From: Nanobdellota archaeon
Lineage (GTDB): Archaea > Nanobdellota > Nanobdellia > Pacearchaeales > GW2011-AR1
Length of the DNA: 64,000 nt
Direction of reading: 5' to 3'
Assembly: GCA_038044985.1 (NCBI GenBank)
Contig: JBBSYY010000012.1
Coordinates: 5,973-69,972 of the forward strand
In this document: positions 1-9,791 of the stretch, piece after piece
Numbering within the stretch: position 1 is the first letter of the stretch
How the letters are laid out: the number at the start of each line of letters is the position of its first letter
Program-made: the position numbers and the translations under genes
The notes under the pieces: generated by a model
Told to the model about the DNA's origin: nothing
Databases searched by the model: none
What the model saw: only the letters and a program-made list of their open reading frames with translations

Positions 1-1302
1 AATTGTTTTCATAGCTGGCTGGTCCATTGCTAATTTTTCATAATCTGATTTTTCAAATCTTAACCACCCCTCTTTTGCAGCTTCTTCATATAGAGGGGTG
101 CCAGGATAAGGCATTACAACAGTAGATTGATGAATATCAACAAGTCCATTAATCATTAGATCTTTAGCTAATTTAAATGTCTTTAATGCATCTTCTCTTG
201 TTTCCCAAGGATAACCAACCATCATTGTTATATGAACAATCAAACCAGCATCTTTAGCGTCTTTACAATGTTGAAAAACAAGCGAGACATTAGTTCCTTT
301 ATCTAATTTATCAATTGTTTTCTGAGAGCCAGACTCTAAACCAAATTTCAATAGTCTAAATCCAGCTTTTTTCATAAGCTTATACATATCAGCATCAACC
401 CAACCAAATCTCATATTACAGGAATACATTACTTTTTTATTATATCTAGATTCTATCATTAGTTTGCAAAAATCTTTTAACCAAGCTCCGGGAGGAATAG
501 TTCCTGCATCGTCAAATATTTCCCTTGCTCCAAAATTATCAACTAAATTTTTTACTTCTGCAAAAGTATTTTCGGGAGTTCTTTGTTTATATGCTCCTTT
601 AGGATAAAGAGCATGGTCCCAGACACAAAAAGTGCACTTTCCCCATGCACAATCTCTCGCTGACATAATATAAAATTGAGGTCTTCCTTTAAGATTAAAT
701 TCATCTTGATAATTCCAATATTTAGTCAATTTTCTGTCTGGAAATGGGGCATCATTAATATCTTTATCTTCTCTATTAAATTCATATCTTCCATTTTCTA
801 TAATTTTTCCATTTTCTTTGTACCATATCCCGTTTGGAACCTTCCCTTTTTTATTCTCTAACCATTCAACTAATTCCATAAAGGCAAAATCAAAATAACC
901 CCCATTAATTACATAATCTACATTAGAATTTTCAAATGTTTCTCCAGGAAGATAACTAACATGGTCTCCGCAAATTACTATTTTTATATTCGGGAATTTT
1001 TTCTTGATATGATCAATTGCTTGCCAATGTTTTTTTACTACCGGAGCTTTTGTTTCAAAAAAGAATAAATCTGGTTTTTCTTTTTCAAGCATTTTATCAT
1101 GATCATTCCAATCCATGTTTTGAGCGATTGCATCTTCCCATATTACCTCATGTCCAGCATTTTTAGCCATAGTGGCTGCAGTGCCAAGAACTACTGGATA
1201 AAGAAATGTTGGTTTTTCAAAATATTGAAACTGCCTATTTTGACTTAAAAGAGGCGTGCCTAAAGGACTTAGTGTCGGCGGAAATCCTACTATGATTTTC
1301 AT
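1..1302 (-). CDS. B12-binding-domain radical SAM protein (3' end truncated by the window edge)
   Basis: My own translation from the ATG at 1300-1302 gives MKIIVGFPPTLSPLGTPLL... The frame stays open to position 1. A Rossmann-like N-terminal half is followed by ARDCAWGKCTFC (Cx4Cx2C cluster motif) and a radical-SAM TIM-barrel-like remainder. It is absent from the ORF track because it runs off the window. Confidence 0.7.
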   Translation of the reverse strand, partial: MKIIVGFPPTLSPLGTPLLSQNRQFQYFEKPTFLYPVVLGTAATMAKNAGHEVIWEDAIAQNMDWNDHDKMLEKEKPDLFFFETKAPVVKKHWQAIDHIKKKFPNIKIVICGDHVSYLPGETFENSNVDYVINGGYFDFAFMELVEWLENKKGKVPNGIWYKENGKIIENGRYEFNREDKDINDAPFPDRKLTKYWNYQDEFNLKGRPQFYIMSARDCAWGKCTFCVWDHALYPKGAYKQRTPENTFAEVKNLVDNFGAREIFDDAGTIPPGAWLKDFCKLMIESRYNKKVMYSCNMRFGWVDADMYKLMKKAGFRLLKFGLESGSQKTIDKLDKGTNVSLVFQHCKDAKDAGLIVHITMMVGYPWETREDALKTFKLAKDLMINGLVDIHQSTVVMPYPGTPLYEEAAKEGWLRFEKSDYEKLAMDQPAMKTI

Positions 1303-1492
1303 TTTTTATTTTTACCTCTTTCTAAAGAAAGTATATTAACCTTTAAACATTTATTTGATATAGAATAATCTTTTATAGTTTTTATTCTCTTTTTCATAAA
1401 TAATAGAGTCTATTCGTATTTAAAAAACTTTCTAATTTTAAACTATTGTTAATTTTTTATTTAATAATTTTAACTGCGTTTTGCAAGTGCTT

Positions 1493-2533
1493 CTACCAAA
1501 AAACCCTTCTCATCCACCCCCAAATCATCCCTGCTCCATAAGATAAATGGATAGTAGGATAGATAAATGGTAAAACGAAAATAGCTTTAATATCTTTATT
1601 TTTAATAGAATCATAGAAACTAAATAAAATTATAAGCAAAATATACGCTATTAAAGGTAAAAACCATAAAAAAGCTAAGTTAATTGATACATTTTCACCA
1701 GAATAAATTGCATAACCAGCAAAACCTCTTCGATCTGCTGAAGAGCCGATATCATCTGAATTTAAATTATTAATTAAACTATTAAAATTAACAACATTTC
1801 CAGTTATCGAAGGATTTACTAAAATACTTCCTATTAATAAAACAAAATAAACAAGAAACGAGCTAGGAATTAAGAAAAAAGGTTTTTTTAGTGTTTCAAA
1901 AAAACTTTCTTTTTCGGGCCTGGCCTTCCCATAATTAAATATTTGTTTAACAAATGAACTAAAATTCGGCCTTCTTTTATGATAAACAATGATTTCAGGA
2001 CTATAAGCAATTTTAAATCCTTGTTTTTTAACATCTGCTACAAATTTAGGATCTTCTCCAGGAAATAGTTTTTCATCAAATCTTACTTTTTCAACTACTT
2101 TTTTTTTACAAATTAAATTAGCAGAAGTTAATGCTGTTTCATCAACGTCAAGACTTTCTTTATTTGTAGAATACCTATTAGATAATTTCCAGGCACCAAA
2201 TTTACTACTTAATGCGTATCCAGAAATTCTTGCAAATCCTTTATCATCGTAGAAGGTTAATTGTGGCCCCCCTACCATATCAATTTCAGGATGATTTTCA
2301 AGAAACTTCTCAACTTTATTTAAATAATTATTCTCAATTATGGCATCATCATCAAGAAAAACCACGAAATCTCCTTTTGCTTTATCAATTCCTCTATTTC
2401 TATTTAAAGAAGGATTTTTTCCTATTGGCACAACAACATGAAACTTATTTTTGTTATAATCAAGATTTTTAATAGCTTCCAAAATTTCAGCATTTCTTTC
2501 GGGCGCAAGAGGAACAATAAGGGTGAATTTCAT
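1493..2533 (-). CDS. Family 2 glycosyltransferase with C-terminal transmembrane segments
   Basis: N-terminal GT-A signature (FTLIVPLAPE..., FLDDDA DxD motif); hydrophobic C-terminal third. Confidence 0.75.
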   Translation of the reverse strand: MKFTLIVPLAPERNAEILEAIKNLDYNKNKFHVVVPIGKNPSLNRNRGIDKAKGDFVVFLDDDAIIENNYLNKVEKFLENHPEIDMVGGPQLTFYDDKGFARISGYALSSKFGAWKLSNRYSTNKESLDVDETALTSANLICKKKVVEKVRFDEKLFPGEDPKFVADVKKQGFKIAYSPEIIVYHKRRPNFSSFVKQIFNYGKARPEKESFFETLKKPFFLIPSSFLVYFVLLIGSILVNPSITGNVVNFNSLINNLNSDDIGSSADRRGFAGYAIYSGENVSINLAFLWFLPLIAYILLIILFSFYDSIKNKDIKAIFVLPFIYPTIHLSYGAGMIWGWMRRVFW

Positions 2534-2829
2534 TCACAAAACTAACTAGAATTAGTTATAAATATTTATATGATTTATCTTAATATTTATTTAGCTTAGC
2601 AATTAAGAAATTGGGGGTTGGTTTTAACATCTAATTAAACAAATCTACTTCTATAGATAAATTAAAATTGCTTTTTATAATATATTTCTTATGAAATATA
2701 TGAAATCTAAGCTAATTTAAGAGATCTAGATTAATTTTATAAGTTATTAACAATCCTAAAATCTGTTACTTTAAATAATATATTTTTAATTTTATATATG
2801 TTTTTTAATGGAAGAAGTAGTTTAAATTT

Positions 2830-3612
2830 ATGAAAGTATCAATTGTAATTCCAGCTCATAATGAAGAGAAACGTATCAGAAAAACTTTAGAAGAATATCT
2901 TTCTTTTTTTAATAATTTAAAAGAAAAAGAAGTTTTGGATTATGAAATTATAGTCGTGTTAAATGCATGTGTAGATAATACTAAGCAAATCGTTGAAAGA
3001 TTTAATTGTGAGGAGTTAATTATTTTGGATTTTGAACAAGGAGGAAAGGGATTTGCTGTTGTAGAGGGTTTTAAAAATGCTTTAATGAGAAATAATGATC
3101 TAATTGGTTTTATTGATGCAGACAATGCAACCTCTCCAAAAGCTTTTTATGATTTAATAAAAGGTATTAGAAACTATGATGGTATAATTGCAAATAGGTG
3201 GGATAAAAAAAGCACTATAAGTCCAAAACAAACTTTATTCAGAAGATTTATTGGCAGAGTTTTTAATTTTGTTGTTAGAAGTTTGTTTATTTTCCAACAT
3301 CAAGATACTCAGTGCGGTGCAAAACTATTTAATAGAAGAGTGATTGAAAAAATTTATCCTGAACTAGGAAACAGTGAGTGGAGTTTTGATGTTGATTTGT
3401 TGTATTATGGTAAATATTTTGGATTTAAAATAAAATCAATATATACTGAATGGCACGACAAAAAGGGTTCAAAAGTTAGCAAAAAAACCCCAGGAAGGAT
3501 GTTTTTTTCTGTTGTAAGATTAAGATTAGTTCACTCTCCTTTTGATTTTATTTTAAAATTTCATCAGAAACTTCCGAGAAAATTGCAAGTTGGATATTGG
3601 TTTGGAAGATAA
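2830..3612 (+). CDS. Family 2 glycosyltransferase, dolichyl/polyprenyl-phosphate sugar synthase-like
   Basis: VSIVIPAHNEE start, IDADNA DxD-type motif and QCGAKLF motif typical of Dol-P-Man/Dol-P-Glc synthase-like GT2s. Confidence 0.75.
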   Translation: MKVSIVIPAHNEEKRIRKTLEEYLSFFNNLKEKEVLDYEIIVVLNACVDNTKQIVERFNCEELIILDFEQGGKGFAVVEGFKNALMRNNDLIGFIDADNATSPKAFYDLIKGIRNYDGIIANRWDKKSTISPKQTLFRRFIGRVFNFVVRSLFIFQHQDTQCGAKLFNRRVIEKIYPELGNSEWSFDVDLLYYGKYFGFKIKSIYTEWHDKKGSKVSKKTPGRMFFSVVRLRLVHSPFDFILKFHQKLPRKLQVGYWFGR

Positions 3613-3615
3613 AAA

Positions 3616-4569
3616 CTATCCGTTTCTCCACAAAAGAAATAAAGTTATGATTGAAGGAATAACCCCCACAATAAAATAATCTATAACAGACATTGAAAAA
3701 ACCTTAGCAGAACTGACATTAAATAATCCAAATAAACTTATTAAAGCAGCTTCTCTTGTTCCTAAACCGCCAATACTTATAGGAATCATGGAAACTAATG
3801 TCCCTAACGGAAGAATAGCCATATAATATAAAAAACTTATTTTAATTCCTAAAGACAATCCGATAAAATAATATATTAAATAAATAAACAACCAACTAAT
3901 TAAGTTCAATAAAAAAAATAAGATAAAGTATCTTTTTTTAGGAATATGCTCGTAAAAAGAGTTAAAAGTATTTTTTGTTTTATCTTTAATTTTTTCATTA
4001 ATAAACTTTCTATAAAAAAATCTTAATACAATTTTACTTCTTTCCTTTTTTATAAAAAATAAAGTCAATAAAACAAACGCAAGAAATAATCCAGTAAAAA
4101 AACCAATAGGAAGATTTATCTCGTCTTTAAAAACAAAAGAGAATAAAACAGCCATAAAAATTACGCTAGTAATATCTAAAACTTTGTCAATTGTAAAATT
4201 AAACAATCCTTTGCCAATATTTTTGTTTTTTGTATATTTTTTTAAATATTCTGCTCTGATTACAGAACCTAGTTTAGATGGGGTTATAAGGCCATAAAAA
4301 TTACTTATTAAATTAATTTTAAAAGATTCTTTAAAAGGAACTTTTATGTCTTGAAAAACAGCTACGATATGCCATTTAAAAGTCTGAACAACTAACATTA
4401 TAATCAAAAAAACTAATGTTATTAATAAAAAATAAATATTAACTTTTTTAATTTCTTCTAGAACATTAACAAAATTTATTTTAATTAAAATATAAAAAAA
4501 TAACAAAATTCCAATTAATGGCAGGAATTTTTTCCAGTTTTTTGTTGTGTTTTTCATTGTCTCGCTCAT
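3616..4569 (-). CDS. Flippase-like / LPG-synthase-TM family membrane protein
   Basis: About 8 predicted TM helices, and a PSKLGSVIRAEYLKK-type motif seen in UPF0104/LPG_synthase_TM proteins. The usual neighbourhood next to a polyprenyl-P GT2 is present. Confidence 0.55.
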   Translation of the reverse strand: MSETMKNTTKNWKKFLPLIGILLFFYILIKINFVNVLEEIKKVNIYFLLITLVFLIIMLVVQTFKWHIVAVFQDIKVPFKESFKINLISNFYGLITPSKLGSVIRAEYLKKYTKNKNIGKGLFNFTIDKVLDITSVIFMAVLFSFVFKDEINLPIGFFTGLFLAFVLLTLFFIKKERSKIVLRFFYRKFINEKIKDKTKNTFNSFYEHIPKKRYFILFFLLNLISWLFIYLIYYFIGLSLGIKISFLYYMAILPLGTLVSMIPISIGGLGTREAALISLFGLFNVSSAKVFSMSVIDYFIVGVIPSIITLFLLWRNG

Positions 4570-4739
4570 TTTTTAAATTTAGTGATTTTATAAAAACAGC
4601 AATTTTTTCTGGATTTAGCAAATTTCGGCTTATCCTTCTTCTATAAGTTTGATTAATCTATCTACTAATTTATTTAGAGCTATTAAGCTTTATTTAATAA
4701 TCTCTCCTTTATCATGTTAACTTTATTATTTGTGTAATA

Positions 4740-5753
4740 TCACACAAACAAAACATCTCTAAAAATAATTAAAGCTAATAAGCAAATAACTATTTGATAT
4801 ACAAAAATTAAATAAACAACATCTTTCTCATAAACTTTTTTCTTAAATTTTTTCAAAACAAATAAAGACAAATGAGTAGTGCCATAAATTTTTTCATATG
4901 GAACTTCTAGGCTATTATCTTCATTCACTTTTCCAAAAGACGGTTTTTCTAATTTTCCTCTTAATTTCAAAAAAGTTTCTATAATATAGGGAATAAATAT
5001 AAAAACAGCAATTTTTTCAAAATTTCCTAAAATAGCAATTCCAGCTATTAGTGCTCCTATAGAATAAGTTAAAATATCTCCTGGGAAAACTCTTGCTGGA
5101 AATTTATTATAAAAATAAAAAACTAGTAGACTAGCTACCATACACAAACCAACAATCATTAACCAAAAATTTCCAGTTAAATAACTAACTAAACTTAAAA
5201 AACTTAGGATTATGATTCCTTGTCCTGTTTCTAATCCATTAAATCCAGCTAAAAAATTATAAGTTGTAGCGGCTCCTGCTATCCCTACTGGAATTAAAAT
5301 TAGTGGATAAAAAATTCCTAAATTAACTGCTCCAAAAAAAGGGAGATTAATTATATTTGATCCAGCATTTATTACAACTAGGGGAACTGAAGCAACAAAA
5401 GCAAGAAATAATCTAAATCTAATTGACAATCCTCTATGTGTCCATCCTAAAACATCATCAACAAAACCAACTAAAGCTAGTATTAAAATAACATTTAATA
5501 ACGCAAAAATTTCTAAACTTCCATTATTCCCATCTAAAATAAAAGTTTTAATTGCTATATAACTTAAAACTCCTAAAATAAAACTAATTACTACAATAAT
5601 TCCTCCAGACGCGGCAATATTCTTAGCTTTATGGAATTTATTCATATCTTCCCATAAATAACCAACCTGTCTGCATTTTTTAATCCATTTTGGCAATGCG
5701 TAACTAGTTAATAAAAAGCTTAAAATAATAGGTATTAATAATAATGGTTCCAT
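4740..5753 (-). CDS. GT4-family (MraY/WecA/Alg7-like) UDP-GlcNAc:dolichyl-phosphate GlcNAc-1-P transferase, AglH-like
   Basis: VDDVLG motif, NFLAGFNGLETGQG motif and PGD motif; polytopic membrane protein adjacent to AglB. Confidence 0.8.
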   Translation of the reverse strand: MEPLLLIPIILSFLLTSYALPKWIKKCRQVGYLWEDMNKFHKAKNIAASGGIIVVISFILGVLSYIAIKTFILDGNNGSLEIFALLNVILILALVGFVDDVLGWTHRGLSIRFRLFLAFVASVPLVVINAGSNIINLPFFGAVNLGIFYPLILIPVGIAGAATTYNFLAGFNGLETGQGIIILSFLSLVSYLTGNFWLMIVGLCMVASLLVFYFYNKFPARVFPGDILTYSIGALIAGIAILGNFEKIAVFIFIPYIIETFLKLRGKLEKPSFGKVNEDNSLEVPYEKIYGTTHLSLFVLKKFKKKVYEKDVVYLIFVYQIVICLLALIIFRDVLFV

Positions 5754-5883
5754 TGATTATTTAATCTTTTTAAGTTTTTAAAGATATTTCTAATGCATTG
5801 AAGCTCCAAAGAACTTAGTAAGTATTTTATAACATCTCTTTCCTTAATAAAAATTTGTTAGAAGTGTTGATATGATAACAATT

Positions 5884-8634
5884 TCACAACAACCAATCTA
5901 AATACTTAGTTTCGTCTGTATCAAGATATTCTTGCTTTATTTGTTCTTTTCCGGTATAATACACTTCCCAAATCTTAACGGGTCCTTGAACTCCTTGAAA
6001 ATAAACAAAATCAGGCAAATTTGTTCCTCTACTTCTTATATTGTCTATAATTAATGTTGGTTCTGCATGAACTAATTTAAAATTCTTAAATTTATTAAAA
6101 GGATCGTTCATTAAATAAACCTGGCTTAAAAATCCTCTCATTAATCTTGGAGATAAATAAAACGCAGTTCCCATTTGATTTAACTGGACTGTTCCTTCGC
6201 TTGTTTGGTCTAATCTCGGAAAAATAAAAGCAGCCGCCTCTATTCCATTTTTGAAGTCCGTTAATTCTTTATTATTTAAATTGTATGAGTATCTTAAATT
6301 AACATTAAACTGCTGATTTTGGTAAACTACTATGATATAAGGTTGATAATATCTACTATTTTGAGTAGGCAATACTATCGCTCCAACAGCAGCCGAATTA
6401 GCTGGAAGAAGAATGTCTTTTCCATTTTGATTAATTACTAAATCTTCATCTAACCCAACTCCTCCAGCATAAACTAAAAGAGTCTGATTTTTGGTTTCTT
6501 GAGTTTTGGTTTCATCTAATAAAAATGTTCCGATAAAAGAATATCTATCAAAATCTTTATTACTACCAATACTTGAAAAAGCTCCGTATTTTCCTATGTC
6601 TGTAGAGTCTATTAAAAGGTAAGTTGTATCATGGTTGTAAAGAAATTCCAAAGCATCATTTTCATTATCTCCAGTTAAAACATGCCTTCCCATTAAATAA
6701 TTCCAATAAACAATTGCATTACCTCCATCAACAGTAGTTGCTCTATTACCTATACTTTGAACCCAATAACCATAATCCCACCAGTGGGAGAAAACCGCGT
6801 TTTCCGGTGTATTCTTTCTCGCCCAATCCATTGCTTTTTGCCATTGAATGTTATAACTACTTGGCACGAATCCAAAAGACTGGGCTTTAACACTTTGATA
6901 AAAAACAGAAAAACTATAAACACTTGAAATTAAAATTATTATTAATAAAATTCCAATCAAAATTTTAGACAATTTTCTGTATTTGAAAAATTTGTCACTC
7001 AAATCAACAATTAGAAATCCGACAAAAATTGGAGCAATTGGACCCAAAACCATAATTAATCTTATAGCTCCTCTTGCAGTAAAAAGAGTTAAAATAAACA
7101 AAGAAAACAATAACAAATATTCAAATCTTATTTTCTCGAAACTATCATCTTTTAGTTTATAATATCTATTATAATAATAAATAAAAGCTCCCAGAAATAA
7201 TAAAATAGAGATATAATAAAAGAACTTGCTGATAAAATTCTCTCCATTAAACAAACTTCCAGTAGAATACCTAGAGAATATTATTCCTAGTAAAAAGAAA
7301 ATATAAAAAGAAGTTAAAATCAAAGTATCCTTATTTTTTAATCTTAATAACATTTTTCTAAATAAGACAACTGAACCAATAAAAAACATCCAAAAAATTA
7401 GAGGTATGTTTTTAACAAAAGGCCCAAAATTCTGACTCCATTCTCGAAAATCAGGTTGTTTATTCTCGGCAACAGTTATATTCCATCTTCCAATAACTGG
7501 TTTAAAAATTGTTTGATGAACTGCCTTCGCTTTACTTGTAATAAAACTAGGCCCTAAAAAGATTAAGCTTATTACTATTAATATAATAATAGTAGCAATT
7601 AAAGAAAGGATGGTTTTTGGAATTTTTGTTTCTCTATTGATAAATTTATTAAATTTAGTATTCCAAATTAAGTAATGTACAATTATAATAAGTAAAACTA
7701 AAAAAGCTAAACCAGAAGATAAAGAAGTGAACATTTCATTAAAATCATATCTCTTACCAGAAAAATACATAAGTATAAGAAAACTAAAAAAAATCCAGAA
7801 AAAATAAGCTAAAAATTCTTTTTTACTAACTTTGTTTAAAATAAATGCTATTAGTACTGCTAGTCCTAATGGAATAAATATATAGATAACTCCGCCCCAA
7901 ACCAATCCTGTCATGCCAGTAAAAACTCCAGCCAAACTTCCCAATATAATTGAATTAATTAATTGTTCAGCTTTCCAAGATTTTAAAAATAAATAAAAAC
8001 TTAAAAATATAAAAAAGAATGCGGCGCTTTCTTTTTCAGGAATTCCTGCGACAGTTCTTGATAAAAAAACAGGAATAACAATCATAAAAAAAGTAGATAT
8101 TATTGCAATAATATTGGCTTTTAGAATACTTTTTTCTGACTTTCTTACAAAAATTTCTCTTACAAATAAAAAAAAACTTATTATGGTTAAACCAAACATT
8201 ATAACTGGAAAAACCACTCCTGCAAATTCAATTCCTTTATCTACTCCAATAAACTTGAGAATTTTATAAGTCCAGGCAATCATATAAGCAAGTAATGGGA
8301 CTTCAATTGAATTATCAAAACCTAAAGGAACATTTCTCATATAGTCTCTTTCAGGCAGACTGCCTTGTTCAACAATAGTTTTTGCATTTCTAAAAAACAA
8401 CCAGGGATCTAAATCAGGACCTAATGTCCAAGTATTAGTAGTGATATCCCATAATCCAGGCCTTCCTCCATGATCTGCCATAGGTAAACTTCTTATATAC
8501 GCCCCTAAAATTACGGCGATAACTAAAACAACTAAAACCCACCACCTGCCTTTAAAAAAGTTTAAGAACTTTTGTTTTCTTAAAACAATAAAATCTTCAT
8601 TTATTGTTTCATCATCAACATTTGAAACTTCCAT
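5884..8634 (-). CDS. aglB: Archaeal oligosaccharyltransferase AglB (STT3 family)
   Basis: 916 aa with a multi-TM N-terminal half. Contains the catalytic WWDYGYW motif (HWWDYGYWVQS) followed by a soluble C-terminal domain. Confidence 0.92.
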   Translation of the reverse strand: MEVSNVDDETINEDFIVLRKQKFLNFFKGRWWVLVVLVIAVILGAYIRSLPMADHGGRPGLWDITTNTWTLGPDLDPWLFFRNAKTIVEQGSLPERDYMRNVPLGFDNSIEVPLLAYMIAWTYKILKFIGVDKGIEFAGVVFPVIMFGLTIISFFLFVREIFVRKSEKSILKANIIAIISTFFMIVIPVFLSRTVAGIPEKESAAFFFIFLSFYLFLKSWKAEQLINSIILGSLAGVFTGMTGLVWGGVIYIFIPLGLAVLIAFILNKVSKKEFLAYFFWIFFSFLILMYFSGKRYDFNEMFTSLSSGLAFLVLLIIIVHYLIWNTKFNKFINRETKIPKTILSLIATIIILIVISLIFLGPSFITSKAKAVHQTIFKPVIGRWNITVAENKQPDFREWSQNFGPFVKNIPLIFWMFFIGSVVLFRKMLLRLKNKDTLILTSFYIFFLLGIIFSRYSTGSLFNGENFISKFFYYISILLFLGAFIYYYNRYYKLKDDSFEKIRFEYLLLFSLFILTLFTARGAIRLIMVLGPIAPIFVGFLIVDLSDKFFKYRKLSKILIGILLIIILISSVYSFSVFYQSVKAQSFGFVPSSYNIQWQKAMDWARKNTPENAVFSHWWDYGYWVQSIGNRATTVDGGNAIVYWNYLMGRHVLTGDNENDALEFLYNHDTTYLLIDSTDIGKYGAFSSIGSNKDFDRYSFIGTFLLDETKTQETKNQTLLVYAGGVGLDEDLVINQNGKDILLPANSAAVGAIVLPTQNSRYYQPYIIVVYQNQQFNVNLRYSYNLNNKELTDFKNGIEAAAFIFPRLDQTSEGTVQLNQMGTAFYLSPRLMRGFLSQVYLMNDPFNKFKNFKLVHAEPTLIIDNIRSRGTNLPDFVYFQGVQGPVKIWEVYYTGKEQIKQEYLDTDETKYLDWLL

Positions 8635-8966
8635 TAACTAATTTATCTCAATATATTTTTAAAGTTATAGCAAATGATTTATACAATTGAAAAGTTGTCA
8701 TTTGCTATATCAAAAATTCATTGTGTTATTTTTTAGAATTTTTGAGCCAGAAAAAAATTTCTTTTTTTCTACATTCGGAAAACCTAAATGATATTTCTCG
8801 ACATTTAAGTTTTACGTTATATTTAAGTTTGTTTGGTATGTTTTATAGAAGCTTTGTTAAACAATAAACATACTTATTTCAAATAATATAATTTAAAGAT
8901 GCCACTCTTTCTTAGGCGGCATAATTAAACCAATGATATCAGAATTAGATTATTTGAATAATCTTT

Positions 8967-9023
8967 ACTAAATTATTACTAAATTATTACTAAATTATTA
9001 CTAAATTATTACTAAAAATTATT
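8967..9023. repeat. Tandem 11-bp repeat (actaaattatt), 4 perfect copies plus 1 degenerate
   Basis: Read directly: actaaattatt at 8967, 8978, 8989 and 9000, then actaaaaatta. The 3' end overlaps the stop codon of the Zn-ribbon mini-gene. Confidence 0.9.
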
Positions 9024-9168
9024 CACTTAACATTCTATCAACGTCGTCTAATAATTCAGTTGCAGATTTCTCTATCTCAATAGAGTTTTTTCCGCAATAA
9101 CCACATTCAGTAGCCCCTCTTTCTGAACTAAATCTGTAATTACAATTGGTACATATGTATCTTGACAT
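9019..9168 (-). CDS. 49-aa zinc-ribbon mini-protein
   Basis: My own translation is MSRYICTNCNYRFSSERGATECGYCGKNSIEIEKSATELLDDVDRMLSE, with two CxxC pairs. It is below the ORF-track size cutoff. Confidence 0.55.
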   Translation of the reverse strand: MSRYICTNCNYRFSSERGATECGYCGKNSIEIEKSATELLDDVDRMLSE

Positions 9169-9527
9169 TTTTAATTATTCTTAGTTTTTTATTTTTTTGT
9201 TAATCATAACTATTGACAATGACTCGACAATTATAACCTATAATCCTAGTTTTAGCTTGGTTATGATTATTATTAAACCTTTATTTCATTTATCATCATT
9301 GATTAATTACTATTACTAGTCATTATCAAAGCTTTTTTATAAAAAAGGTAAGTATTCATAATTTTTAAATTTAGCGGTTTTTTAATAGATCTCTTGGGAA
9401 GAAATTATACCTATATTAGTGGTATAAAAGGAGATAGAAGTAGAATGGAGCAAGGATATTTTAAAATTCCTAACTTAAATTTCTAAAAAACCCAAAAATT
9501 TAAATACATATCAATTGATATGTATAT

Positions 9528-9782
9528 ATGAATCAAGAGTTAAGATCTCCAACTTTAGAAACTGTAAAAATGGTTGAGAAAACAATTAAAGAATATAGCG
9601 GAGAATTTAACAAAACTCAATTATGGGAAAAATTACCAAGAAAAGTTATGTGGTCTACCTATCTTATAATTTTAGAATATTTAGAAGAAATAAATAAAAT
9701 AATAACTTCTGGCAACAGAGTCATTACTTATATTTGGAATCCTGAATTAGCTAGAAAAGTCCTTTTTAGAAAATCTTATTAA
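9528..9782 (+). CDS. Hypothetical 84-aa protein (possible partner of the downstream RelE-like gene)
   Basis: ORF lying 9 nt upstream of the toxin-like gene on the same strand. I recognise no family. Confidence 0.4.
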   Translation: MNQELRSPTLETVKMVEKTIKEYSGEFNKTQLWEKLPRKVMWSTYLIILEYLEEINKIITSGNRVITYIWNPELARKVLFRKSY

Positions 9783-9791
9783 TTACTTTCT

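Noticed and set aside
676-861. Numerous 60-150 aa ORF-track entries antisense to or overlapping well-supported genes. Examples: 676-861, 2212-2472, 2940-3125, 11471-11701, 13140-13367, 15440-15715, 17136-17402, 17644-17871, 18037-18279, 18551-18796, 19351-19569, 20841-21107, 23284-23472, 26351-26642, 26982-27251, 27684-27914, 28570-29085, 29846-30166, 30273-30615, 35080-35373, 43081-43311, 47365-47574, 48978-49220, 50498-50740, 51425-51688, 58657-58944
   Set aside because: They lie within or antisense to genes with strong family signatures. They have low-complexity, Phe/Leu/Ile/Ser-rich translations typical of the reverse strand of Lys/Glu-rich AT-rich genes, and they lack operon-consistent boundaries.
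8967-9023. CRISPR array
   Set aside because: The unit is only 11 bp with no spacers. It is a simple tandem repeat, and no CRISPR-like repeat-spacer structure occurs anywhere in the window.
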